A DNA stretch of 63,469 nucleotides, counting the filler, from Octopus bimaculoides (lineage: Eukaryota): NCBI RefSeq assembly GCF_001194135.2. It is 6 parts of 5 records of this genome, joined end to end, with 100 filler letters (N's around TTAATTAATTAA, not from the genome) between each part and the next. Parts side by side here need not be neighbours in the genome. Positions count along the whole stretch, not along the records: positions 1 to 20,328 come from NC_068984.1; positions 20,429 to 33,925 come from NC_068982.1; 4 more parts are not named here. The stretch is one strand, 5' to 3'. Below, one piece after another: positions 11,500 to 22,876 of the stretch (position 1 is its first letter; the number at the start of each line of letters is the position of its first letter). The position numbers were made by a program, and so were the translations under genes. The notes beneath the pieces were generated by a model, which saw only the letters and a list, made by a program, of their open reading frames with translations, was not told where the DNA came from and did not search any database.

Positions 11500-11670
11500 A
11501 GAAGAAAGAAAATGTAAAAAAAGTTTATTGAGCGAAAAGTCACCCGACGAGACACATCTACACCGAAGGATGGACCACAACCAGTTGTCAAGAATCTCAT
11601 CCGCGAAGGACCGATGCAAGATGAGTCGAAACGATCGTTGTGATTAATAAAGAATCTCGTGAACTCTATA
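11500..11670 (+). mobile_element. Penelope-type terminal repeat fragment with a hammerhead-like relic
   Basis: gaaggac...gtcgaaacgatcgttgtgattaataaag: GAAAC plus the palindrome AACGATCGTT plus AATAAA, the usual layout of PLE termini. Confidence 0.35.
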
Positions 11671-11831
11671 CACTCTTTCTCCCATTACGGTGGTATTTAT
11701 ATTATTGCTGCTGATGACATCCGGTAGCCGCAGACAGTGAACGTGCTTTGATCGGCATACTATCAGGTGTAAACTCAAGTCTAAAATATATAATTAAAAA
11801 AATGTATATGAAAATGAAAAATGAAAAATGA

Positions 11832-11992
11832 CATCGACCCCAGTAGTTAACTCGTATCTTATTTTTCCCCCGGAAGTATGAGAGACAAAGTTGACCTCGG
11901 CGAGATTTGAGCTCAGAACATAAAGAGCCGGAAGAAATACCGCTAAGCATTTATATCCGATGCACTAACGATTCTGCCAGCTCACCGCCTTA
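11832..11992 (-). mobile_element. SINE family B
   Basis: The minus strand taaggcggtgagctggcagaatcgttag...tgagctcaaatctcgccgaggtcaactttg...ggggtcgat matches the other family-B copies. Confidence 0.8.
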
Positions 11993-12899
11993 GGTTGCAC
12001 TATGTGTCATAAGTCTGTCAGTGGTGTCATTATTTTTGTTACAAATGCATCGGGTACCCAATCTTACAACGGTATCAATATTATTTTATATTAGTTTTAT
12101 TATTTTATATTAATTTTATTATTTTATGTTACAAATGTGTCACAGACTACACCTTTACCACTAGTAACATTTTTATGTTGCAATTGCATCATGAACTGTT
12201 CTTCATATCATTCTGTGTATGCGCGTGCGCGTGCGTGTTTACATTAAACTATATCAAGATGTCCACTGCTGATGAAGCTATAGATCTTGTTTACTTGAAT
12301 GGTTTTACGTTCATCTCCCCCATTGATATGTTTGACTTTTAGAACGAATCACATTCATACAATATAGCTGATACCGTTTGCAGATACCTATACAATATAG
12401 GTATTGGTTTGCAAGATACCTATACAATATAGCTGATACTTCCCCGTTTTAGAAAAGCTTACTGAATAACATTAACATCCTCATTAAAAAAATAGCCTTA
12501 AGAAACGTCCAGAAGATGACGCCACTGCTACTCATGCAAATAAATGTGTTCTTTTTTGTTTCGTTCACATCTCTTCGAGGTTCAGCCATTAAATTTACAT
12601 TGCTTAGTCTTCGAGCAATTTTTGCAGCAATGTCTTTATTAACGCACAGTCAATTGTTGTCACTTCCTGTTGTTTACCCTTCGATAATTCCTTGCAACAC
12701 TCTCTTCATTAGCGTATACTAGATGCTTTCGTACACATCGGGATTCTCGAAACGTTATCTCTTCGCCGTGCACAAAAAGATATTTGATATTATATACGAA
12801 TATACATTCCTTCCATTACAACTAAGGTTTGTTGATTGAAAATAATTTCTTTTGCACCAGAATAGGACGACAATGTACATGACAGGTGTCAAACATCCA

Positions 12900-13045
12900 C
12901 TCGAGCAAAATACCTAACAGTATTTCGGCCGTCTTTACGTTCTGAGTTCAAATTTTACCGAGATCAACTTTGCTTTTCATCCTTTCAGGGTCGATGTAAT
13001 TGACTTACCCCTTTCCCCCGAAATTGCTGGCCTTGTGCTATTATT
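12900..13045 (+). mobile_element. SINE family B
   Basis: gtctttacgttctgagttcaaatt...tttcatcctttcagggtcgatgtaattgacttacccc...ggccttgtgc. Confidence 0.75.
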
Positions 13046-13189
13046 TTGGCTTGACTCAGGTTCGGTCATATTACTGGTAGGAATTATGCGGATAGCGGGT
13101 TACTATCTCTAACCTTAGGTATCCACAAGTTTTCCGCAGTCTTTCAGGTGCTTAGAACCCTCCTGATATTCCCTGACGTCCCTAACAGA

Positions 13190-13239
<50 letters not shown>

Positions 13240-13240
<1 letters not shown>

Positions 13241-13350
13241 CCTTCGGAATGGATAAAATAAGTACCAGTTAAGCACTGGGGTCGATCTAATCAACTAGCC
13301 TCCTCACCCAAAATTTCAGACCTTGTGCCTACAGTAGAAAAGATTATTAA
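13240..13350 (+). mobile_element. SINE family B, 3' half next to (ATT)n
   Basis: ataagtaccagttaagcactggggtcgatctaatc...aaatttcagaccttgtgcctacagtagaaaagattatt. Confidence 0.75.
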
Positions 13351-13557
13351 TTCGTTATTTCAATACAGGCTGGAATGGTTTTTCTATTATTTTCTTATGG
13401 TATGCTCTCAGCAGATTTTTTTTTTCCTGTAGGACCATTATATGTGGAATGAGGGAAGAAAAACATTGTCAGACAACCATTGATATTGTCTCTGTTGTTA
13501 TTGTTGTAAGCCCCAGTTAAATCTTAATTAAGAAGAACTATTTTTTCATTCTTTTAT

Positions 13558-13730
13558 TCTTTTACTTGTTTCAGTCATTTGACTGCAGCAATGATGGAAC
13601 ACCGCCTTTAGTCGAACAAATCAACCCCAGGACTTATTCTTTGTAAGCCTCGTACTTATTTTATCGGTCTCTTTTGCCGAACCAGCATCGGTTGTCAAGC
13701 GATGGTGGAGAAGCAAACACAGACACACAA

Positions 13731-13792
<62 letters not shown>

Positions 13793-13952
13793 CTATACGG
13801 CGAGCTTCTTTCAGTTTCCATCCACCAAATCCACTCACAAGAATTTGGTTGGCCTGAGGCTATAGTAGAAGACACTTGCCCAAGGTGCTACGCAGTGGGA
13901 CTAAACGCGGAACCATGTGGTTGAGAAGCAAGCTTCTTACAACACAGCCACC
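13558..13952 (-). mobile_element. SINE family A, near full length, with internal (TA)n(TG)n
   Basis: tRNA-like head tggctgtgttgtaagaagcttgc...ggttccgcgtttagtcccactgcgtagcaccttgggcaagtgtcttctactatag and 3' end gtcaaatgactgaaacaagtaaaagaata. Confidence 0.88.
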
Positions 13953-13959
13953 GTGGCCA

Positions 13960-14400
13960 TCAATTCTTCTTTGAGTTATCTTGAACTACATTACAGTGTC
14001 TTTTCCTTAATAAGACGGTAAGGCAGTGATTTGAGGAAGATTCGAGTGCTGTTTCTTGGAGGTCAATCGACCGCGTAGAGAATCCTTTGGTGGAGGCTTT
14101 TGTTGTTTAGACTAAAGTCACATCTGAACATACCTACGATCAGAGACGTTCCATCATTGACCATCTCATCTTTTTTTAGCCCTAGCGGATCTAGGACTGC
14201 AATACCTATTGCCTCTTTCCTTTTGTAAAATAAACATTAAGTTGCAATTTGAAGAAAATGCCATAGGTGTCTCTCGTAGGCCGAGCGACCACGTAGAGGC
14301 TGTCTTGTTATTGTCGTTGTGTAGCCCTAAGTAAGCCATATTCGAGTATATCTATGATCATAAGCATCTCAGTCGTTGCTATCTCGCTTTCTTTTTTCCT
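13960..14400 (+). repeat. Unclassified dispersed repeat family E
   Basis: gaacatacctacgatcagagacgttccatcattgacc and tgctgtttcttggaggtcaatcgacc recur at about 18205-18245 (-), 19160-19200 and 19400-19440. Confidence 0.55.
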
Positions 14401-14418
14401 ATGGATCTTTTCCGTTTG

Positions 14419-15181
14419 GTTGCAGCAGCTGCCAATGTCAATTTTCTGTTCGAATTGATTTCATATTTTAAGTGTAATGATACACTTTTAATGACGTGAA
14501 AGTAATCTTCGCTATAAATCAATGAATAAAGAGTTATTAGTAATTAAAGTTTGAAAATTTTGATAATTTTAGCCAATCATAAGCCACAGACACATTCCTG
14601 CCTGTTTCGACACTAACAAGCGGAAATATGAGAACTGTTGACAGCAGTCTTGTTTACTCGTTTCTTTTTGTCATTGAGCATTGAGGTGGTTGCGAGGTGT
14701 ACTAAAAATAACAGCTAAATAAGATTTTTTTCGATAAATCTTTTAAATTAAAGTTTATTTGCCAACATCTCGCTTAGAGATTTAAGACTAACTGTTTTTC
14801 TCTTTTGAATTAACATAAACATTTATTTACACGAAAGAAAATTACCGGAGTACTTTCGTGCTAAAAATAACAGCTAAATAATATTTATTTACATGAAAGA
14901 AAATTACCGGAGATATAACACATGTTGTTTACAAATATTGACAACACGTGCTATTTTCAGTATGTTGACGACAAAATATGCAGTCACGCACAAATGACAG
15001 CTTCCAAATCTTGTTTCCTGACTGAGTGAAATCGATCAAACTTTAAACCTCTATAACTTTTTAAAAACATTTTTCTGGAAAAAATGAAATAACTCCAGCA
15101 ATTCAGTTTGGGCAAATCTATTATTGTGCCAAATTTTATAATTTTCGGTAAACTTTAATTTTTGGAGCTGCTGGCAACCAA
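14419..15181. mobile_element. Candidate MITE with about 18-bp imperfect TIRs and internal duplications
   Basis: ggttgcagcagctgccaa (14419) is an inverted match to ttggagctgctggcaacc (15162-15179). No ORF and no clear TSD. Confidence 0.4.
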
Positions 15182-15503
15182 GAAGAAAAGATCCGTGCAA
15201 AGGACTCAAGACCGCATTATCCAATGTGTCCTTTTCTAAGACATCGGATGTCAATTAAAAAAGATCTAACTGCTATCTCTAGCATGTCATGCAGCACCCT
15301 CTGAGAAGGTGGAGTTGTTGTTGTTAATGCTGTTACTGTTGCTTGTAATCTAATTCGCCTTGTTATTGCATTTACATACAGGACTATTGCAGACACTGTT
15401 GATACCTTTCTTACTTACTCTCTCACAAGTTTTCACACTCTTTCTCTCTCCCTCCGTTCATTTCTCTTTTTTTCTTTCTCTCTCTTCCCCTTCTCTCTCT
15501 CTC

Positions 15504-15556
<53 letters not shown>

Positions 15557-15559
<3 letters not shown>

Positions 15560-15710
15560 ATTGTTGGCACTCCGTCGCTTACGACATCGAGGGTTCCAGT
15601 TGATCCGATCAACGGAACAGCCTGCTCGTGAAATTAACGTGCGAGTGGTTGAGCACTCCACAGACACGTGTACCCTTAACGTAGTTCTCGGGGATATACA
15701 GTGACTCGCC
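15557..15710 (+). repeat. Probable dispersed retroposon fragment (family F)
   Basis: A GC-richer block between microsatellites that resembles a common octopus interspersed repeat (from memory). Single copy in this window. Confidence 0.35.
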
Positions 15711-16409
15711 ATTCCTACACAACATATGCATATAAATGCACATACAATTACATACTTAAATAAACACATGCCCATACAGACACGCCCATGCACACACACA
15801 CATACACACACACACACACACATGCGCGTGCGCACATAAACAAACATATACATATGTACACGCATGCGTACAAATGAATATATACACATCCGCCTATACA
15901 CACATAAACACACAGACACACCTAAAATAGACACACACATAATATAAACATTAATGGAAAAAAGAAACATACTCATATAAACACAGTCACATACATGTTA
16001 TCTATTATATTCATAAGCCCACACAATCGTTTTATCACTTTACCTTATCCCAAGTCACCAGTGTCAAAGAAAGCCGTGGAGTGGTGATGGCGGCGGGATG
16101 CTGGTTATGTTGGTGGCGGCGGCGTTGGTGGTGGTGGTGGTGGTGGGAGCGGTGGGGGCGGTAGTAGTTATGGTGGTAGTGGGGTTTTTTGTTAGTGTTG
16201 TTGTGATTGGTGGGGGTTGGTGGGTAGCGGCAACGACATGTGACAGAATTAGAATTTATGGGTGAGGTAGCAGGGAGTGACGGTAGATATTGTGATTGCA
16301 GTAGTAGTGGTAGTAGTAGGGATTGGTGATACAATTAGACTGATAGTAATGGTGGTGGTGTTGTGTTGGTAGAGGTGATTGAAGTATTTATTCGCAAGCT
16401 GATAGTTGT

Positions 16410-16910
16410 GATCCTGTCGTTATTTTCTTTAGGGTAGAGCGCATCGTTAACTGTGAGCAGCTTCCCATTTCTTCAATTGAATCCCTGTAACTCTGTTTTC
16501 CTCCATATTACAATAAGACATGAGTATCTCACCACCGACATAGCTGCTTTGATAATATTCCCTTTATTCTTGTTTTCAGCATCTTCCTAATCCTTTTCGA
16601 GACTTCCTCTCATTTTTCTTTCAGTTATCCTATCGTCCTGCAGTACGCCTAGATACTTATGTCCTCCATTATCTCTCAGCAATCTAACAATATCATCTTG
16701 TCATTTTACACCATCAGATTTCATCGTTCGGTCTCTGATAGTTAAAACAGCACTTTTATTTACTCAAAACTGCACACCAGTATCACTGTTGAATATTCTT
16801 ATTATCTGGGTCAGAGAGTCCAGATATTTTTCATTTTTTTCGTTTAAAGTTTGAGGTCATCCGTACATAATAAGTTATGTAATTGGCTTTAGCAAGCTCG
16901 TAGGCAGGTC
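16410..16910 (-). mobile_element. R4/Dong-clade RT fragment (domains 5-7 and thumb), decayed
   Basis: Minus strand gives a Y(M)DDLKL-like motif, LDSLTQIIRIFNSDTGVQF.VNKSAVL, GGHKYLGVLQ and RYSCLIVIW. Confidence 0.65.
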
Positions 16911-16939
16911 TGGATTAACTAATTGGCAAAAAGTAACGG

Positions 16940-17137
16940 AGAGAGCGGCATAAAGCCAGCAATTTCGATGAAAGGGTAAGTCGATTGCGTCGATGCCAGT
17001 ACTCGACTGGTGCATATTTTATAGACCCCGAAAAGATGAAAGACAAAGTCGACCACGATGGAATTTGAACTCAGAACGTGAGATGCCGCTAAGCATTTCG
17101 CCCAGTGCGCTAACAATTCTGCCAGCATTCCACCTTA
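16940..17137 (-). mobile_element. SINE family B
   Basis: The reverse complement begins taaggtggaatgctggcagaattgttagcgcactgggcgaaatgcttagcggc. Confidence 0.8.
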
Positions 17138-17160
17138 TGTTTGTCTTATTATTATTAATA

Positions 17161-17345
17161 GTAAATGCGAGCTTGCAGAACTGTTAGCGCGCCGGGCTTA
17201 ACGGCATTTCGTCCGTCTTTACCGTCTGAGTTCAAATTCCACCGAGGTAAACTTCGCTTTTCATCGCTTCAGGGTCGATAAAATAAGTACTGGGGTCGAT
17301 GTAAACGACTTCCTCTCCTCTCAAAAACCTCTGGCCTTGTGTTCT
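17161..17345 (+). mobile_element. SINE family B
   Basis: gcgagcttgcagaactgttagcgcgccggg...tgagttcaaattccaccgagg...ggggtcgat...ggccttgtg. Confidence 0.8.
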
Positions 17346-17347
17346 CA

Positions 17348-17640
17348 TCGATTTTTTAAAGTTCCGTTTGGAAAAGAAAGTGAGGGTGGTGAGGGAAGTG
17401 CTACCTCTCAGTGAATTTGTGAAAAGATGGGTGGCTGTGACAAAAATGGCTAGAGTGAATGGCCCTACCCTAAGCATGCCCCTGTAGACTGGAGAACAAC
17501 TGTTAGGAGAGGGCTTGTACCTTTGGTGGTCAGGGTGGTCCTGGATCTGTGAGTTCACTGATTGGCCCTTGTTGATGTTTCTCCTGCATCAAGAGGACTG
17601 CATTATTCATGTTATAACACACTTTGTACACCATGGACAC
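17348..17640 (+). mobile_element. Tx1-clade LINE extreme 3' end (third subfamily)
   Basis: FFKFRLEKKVRVVREVLPLSEFVKRWVAVTKMARVNG..* resembles the C-terminus of the 6348-6989 ORF (FHLKRKIGLEKKCLSAKIFRNRWKSVA). Confidence 0.6.
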
Positions 17641-18279
17641 ATTTATCGCATTTCAGTCTTTTCCATTTCTTTCTCTCCATCTTTGATGTTACCCCTCCCC
17701 CCACACACACATAAGGGAGACTGTTTTTGTTTGGCCTCGTCACAAAAAGAAGAGAAGTGTTCGCGGCTTTTTACAGGACCTCTAAGACTGATGAGGGTAA
17801 AAGTGAAAGATATCCAGTTATACTCAAACTGGCAACCGGGTTTGAGAATTTGCAAACTCTACTAAAAAACACCCAAGAGTCACGTGGGAGTGGTAAACCA
17901 TACGATGAACTAAATCTACCAACACATGAACGGTAAAATCGAAACCTGAAACGTAAAATCGAACCCTGAAAACACGTTAATTACTTCCCGAACTTCTTAA
18001 CCGTACGGCTATCCTTTGCTCAGGTAACAGATTGGGTGGTCGTGACTAGTACGTCGTTGATCAATAAGTTCGGGCTGATCAGAGCTGCCTGGGGCTAAAC
18101 ACAGACGACGAGGACGATGACAACAACAGCAACAACAACAACAACACGGAAAGACATACGGACTATTCAGTTTTGGATATTCTGTCTGAATAAAAAGACT
18201 TGGTGGTCACGTCTGGAACATCTTTGATTATAGGCTTGTTGTCTAGCGTTGTGCGAGTGACATCCTGATCATGTCCTTA

Positions 18280-19010
18280 GTTGGCTCAAATTTTATGATT
18301 GGTGGTGATGTTGTTGGTGTTGTTGATGTTGTTACCGTTGGTAATAGTGGTAGTGGTGATGGTTGTTATGGCGATGGGTATGGTGTGGAAGATGACAATG
18401 ATGATGATGATGATGATGATGATACGGTGGTTGTGGTGGTGGTTACGGTGGTGGTGGTGGTGGTGATATAGTGTGTACTTATAGTCGTGGTAGTAAAAGT
18501 ACTAGTGTGCTACTAATGATAGTTCTAGTGTTGTTGTTGTTGTTGTTGCTGCTACTGATGCTGCCGATGCTGCTGCTGCTAATGATGATGATGATGTGGT
18601 GGTAGTGGTTATGGTTGTGGTAGTTGTGGTGCTGATGTTGGGGAAGAGAGCGGTATTGGTGGTCGTGGTGGTGTGGTAGTGTGGATGTGGCATCGGTGAC
18701 GATGTTGATGACGGTGGTAGTAGTGGTGGCGGCAGTGGTGGTGGGGATGGTGGTACTGGTACGGGTGCTGCTGCTGCTCATGGCGAGTTGTGGTGGTAAT
18801 AGTGGTTGTGATGGTGGTGCTGTTAGTGGTGGTGGTGTTGCTGCTGGTAGAGAGTTTGGTGGTGGTGGTGGTGGTGGTGGTGAGTGTTGTAGTAGTAATT
18901 ATAACAGTGATGTGCCACCGTGGGTTGCTACAGGTAGTGTTGTTGCTGCTGACGATGCTGACGACGACGACGACGAAAGTAAGATGGTGGTAACGATGGA
19001 GGTCTCAGTG
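18280..19010. repeat. Degenerate (GGT/GTT/GAT)n trinucleotide low-complexity tract
   Basis: Read directly. Similar tracts lie at 16080-16380 and 19590-19910. Confidence 0.9.
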
Positions 19011-19145
19011 CTCAGAGTAGTAGTGGATGTGATAAAAACAGTCCTACAATGGAGCTGGTGTTGTAATTCACCTCATGGCGTTGCTTGGCGGTAGAGTGAT
19101 AATTGACATGTTGGTAACATTGACAATTATTTGAGACAAGGTGTT

Positions 19146-19500
19146 ATTATTTCAGGCAGATTTGGTTGCTATTTTTAGCAGTCCGAACGACCATGAAATG
19201 GGTGCTGAAACGTCACTGATCATAGGTATGCTACACGAACTATACGGCCTAAGTCTACACAACAACGAAGGACCCATTACATGGTCGATTAGACTGCTGA
19301 AACTAGCAACCAAATCTGCCTGAAATAATGATTTCTTTATTATAGAAATCATTATTTCAGGCAGATTTGGTTACTATTTTTAGCAGGCCGTATTGTTCGT
19401 GCAGCATACCTATGATCAGTGACGTTTCATCCATGACCGTCCAGTCTTTTATTCAGATATAGGCTATCACGACACTGTCCAATATGTCCTTCCGTTTTAA
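19146..19500. repeat. Family-E sequence rearranged into nested inverted repeats
   Basis: A (19146-19202), A' (19273-19329) and A again (19351-19386); B (19207-19249) and B' (19386-19428). Confidence 0.85.
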
Positions 19501-20372
19501 AGTTGGTAGTGTGTGGCTTTTGCGATGATTTGGCAATTATTTCTAATATGTTGAATAGGTGAATAACTACGTGGGGATGTCGACGTAAATGGTGGTGGTA
19601 GTGGTGGTGACGAAGGCAGTGACGATCGTCGGGTGGAGTGGGACGATAATTGGTGGTGATTATAATGGTGGTGATGGTTGTGGTTGTGGTGGAGGTGGTA
19701 TAGGTAGAAACAGAAGTGGAAGTAATGGTAGTGGTGGTGGTGGTAGTGGTCGTCGTCGTCATCGTGAAAGTGGTGGTGGTGATGATGGTGGTAGTAGTGA
19801 CAGTTGTGGCGGTGGTAGTGGTGGCGGTAGTGGCGGTGGTGGTGCTTGTGGTAGTGGTGGTTATGGCGGCAGTGGTAGAAGTGTCGGCGGCGGCAGTGGC
19901 GGTAATGCTCTTTGTTTAATTACTGTTCTTGGGGGATGTTTAATGGCAGAGTTACTGAGCCTAACTTTCGTAACGAGGGAGGAAATCAAACTTGCTATTG
20001 TTATTGCGGTTATTGTTGCTGTCGTTTAACCCCAGGTTAAACGACAGGTTAAACGAAAGGTTAAACGACAGGTTAAACGACCCAGCCTGATCTACCAGAC
20101 TTATGATAAAAAAAAATAAAAAAGATTCCAGTTGTGGCAGTTCCTTTTTCTTATGCCCAGAAAACATTGGGCCACATTAGGCTAACGAGCCCCTTTTTTA
20201 AGAAACTAGGGTGTGGTGATTTCAGGGCAATTTTGCTGTTGTTTCTCGCGGTAGTGCATCAACAACCTGTTGATTGAAATGCTAGGAGTAGCTACTGTTA
20301 TAGTCGTTGATGTGGTGGCCATGGTGGTNNNNNNNNNNNNNNNNNNNNNNNNNNNNNNNNNNNNNNNNNNNN

Positions 20373-20384
20373 TTAATTAATTAA
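20373..20384. other. Artificial scaffolding linker TTAATTAATTAA inside a 100-nt gap (also 33970, 47677, 60244, 62340)
   Basis: An identical 12-mer (stop codons in all six frames) sits within N runs of about 44 nt on each side, at five places. Confidence 0.93.
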
Positions 20385-20428
20385 NNNNNNNNNNNNNNNN
20401 NNNNNNNNNNNNNNNNNNNNNNNNNNNN

Positions 20429-20478
<50 letters not shown>

Positions 20479-20814
20479 ACATACATATACATACATATAT
20501 ATATACATATATATACATACACATATATATATACATATATATATACATACATAAATACATATATATATACACACAGAGAGATATATACATATATGTATAT
20601 ATAAATATTAATATATACAAACTATTACTTATTTAACCCTACAATATTTAGATATATATACATACACACATATATATATATATAAATGTATATATATATG
20701 CATATATATATATTTATATATGCATATATATATACATATATATATACATATATATATATATATACATGCACATATATACATACATATATACATATATGTA
20801 CATGTATATATATA

Positions 20815-21709
20815 CAACCAGATCGAACCGTCTCAAGTGTAACTGCTCAAAATGGTCGTGACTTCTGGGACTTGAGTGATGAAAGAAAGTCAAGAATGAC
20901 CCGTCTTTTTTTGTCTGTCCTTCTAATTGTTTCTTTTGTCCGCCTTTGTATCGTCAATCTGTCCGAACGTTTTAATGCCGTCTATTGCGTTTTTGTTCCA
21001 TTTATATATATATATATCTAGCGGCGTACGTACACCCTTGTGCTCACCTTATAGAAAGTATGTATTTAAATTTTGTACGACTCTTACTCTATCTTTTATT
21101 CCTCCTCTCATTTTCCTTCCTTTTTCTCGCACCCCTCACTCACATTTCTTGGCCCTCACTTTCTTTATCCCTCACTATTTCCCACTTGTTTATCCTCCTT
21201 GTAACTTTCTCTTTGTCTCTGATTTTTTTTTTCTAATCCTTCGGTTCTGCTGTCCTCTACCCATCTCTCCTTCTTCCACGTGACCGGTTCCGGCCAGCCA
21301 TGATCTTTCTTTCTTGGCCTGACTGCCGGCCATCAGCACCTCTTGTGTCCATTTTACATGTCTCTGCCTTTAGGCTTTCACTTCATACATGCCAGCTCAA
21401 TTTGATTCATTCTCAGCCGAAAAACGCCTGTTGTTATTTCTTGTTGTTTGTATTCGTAATTGTGTACCATGTTCCCGGTGTTTTTGTTTATCTGTCTTTT
21501 TTTTGTTGCCTTTGTTGCCGTACACATTCGCTAGCTTTCTTACAATGCTCTAATGCTCTTAGCTTAGACATTTTTGGAGGCAACAAGATCGAACCATCTG
21601 AAGTGTAACTGCCCGAAGTGGTCGTAACTTCTGGAACTTGACTGTTGAAAGAAAGCCAAGAATGACTCGTCTTTTTTTGCCTGTCCTTCTAATTGTTGTT
21701 TCTTTTGTC
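20815..21709 (+). mobile_element. Non-coding element of about 895 bp bounded by direct repeats of about 125 bp (pseudo-LTR/retrozyme-like)
   Basis: 20815-20940 and 21581-21709 are diverged direct repeats (agatcgaacc...gaaagaaag.caagaatgac.cgtcttttttt...ttcttttgtc). The interior is pyrimidine-rich with no ORF. Confidence 0.6.
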
Positions 21710-21753
21710 ATACGTACATACATACATACATACATATATATACATATATATAC

Positions 21754-21811
<58 letters not shown>

Positions 21812-22779
21812 GCGTGAGTGTGTGTGTTTGTATGTATGTATGAATGTATATATGTATACACATTCACACGCGCGCACACACATATTGATAGATACATAGA
21901 TAGATAGATTTGTGAATTGCGATTCACGAACCACGGAACTGAACTGAAGAAGCACGTTATGTGGCTTGTTTGATAACATCATTTCTTATATCACCTTCAT
22001 CAATTTATATATATATATAATATATAATTTATATATATATATATATATATACATACACTCGCACACACACATAATAACGTTGAAGCTGGTGGTATTTGAA
22101 TACATGTCGAGGTTATTGAAGAAATTCTGTAGCTAAAGCAAGGCAATAATCAATTAATCTGTTTGTCTGTCTCTGGTGTCTGCCAGTCTGATGTCCTTTG
22201 CAATAAAAATAACGAAAACTTTTCGAAGTGATTACATTGTCATATTTCTGGTGTGTTATGCTTATGTTTATAATTGTCATATAAATAATCAGTTGATTAG
22301 AAATTAATTGCTCAGCATTATTAATTGAATGACAATAATCTCTCATTTTGTTTTCATGATAAATTTCTGCTTAGATTAATGTTAGCTTCAACAAGAATTC
22401 AAACAAACAAATCAAAACAACAAACCTAAAACAAAACCACCACTACACAATTTATTTCAACCATGACCAATAATAAAAACAGCAATGCAAATAGTAGCTG
22501 CTATGCTAGACCAGGTTGTGTGAGGAGTGTCGTTATGTGAATCAAATGCGATGAAATTATGAAGCTCATGTAATACAAATGCTAAAAGCACTGTCCTCTG
22601 AAAAGGTTAGTCTCCATGAAAAAGGCCTTTTTTTTTTTACTGCCTGCGTCCAGCGAAATAAACAGATACTACAAAGGAGCGGTGAATTAAAGAACAGTGC
22701 TTAGAAGTTTTACACGGAAACTACACAACCATATTACACCAAACACACATTACCACCATAAAAATGACGTATGAGGTGT

Positions 22780-22783
<4 letters not shown>

Positions 22784-22872
<89 letters not shown>
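22784..22872. repeat. (GA)n microsatellite
   Basis: Pure run read directly. Confidence 0.97.

Positions 22873-22876
<4 letters not shown>

Noticed and set aside
17779-17810. CTGATGAG...GAAA hammerhead-like words
   Set aside because: The intervening gggtaaaagt cannot form stem II, and no stem I or III is evident.
18681-20029. Gly/Val-rich ORFs resembling glycine-rich proteins
   Set aside because: A degenerate (GGT)n tract, open in several frames on both strands.
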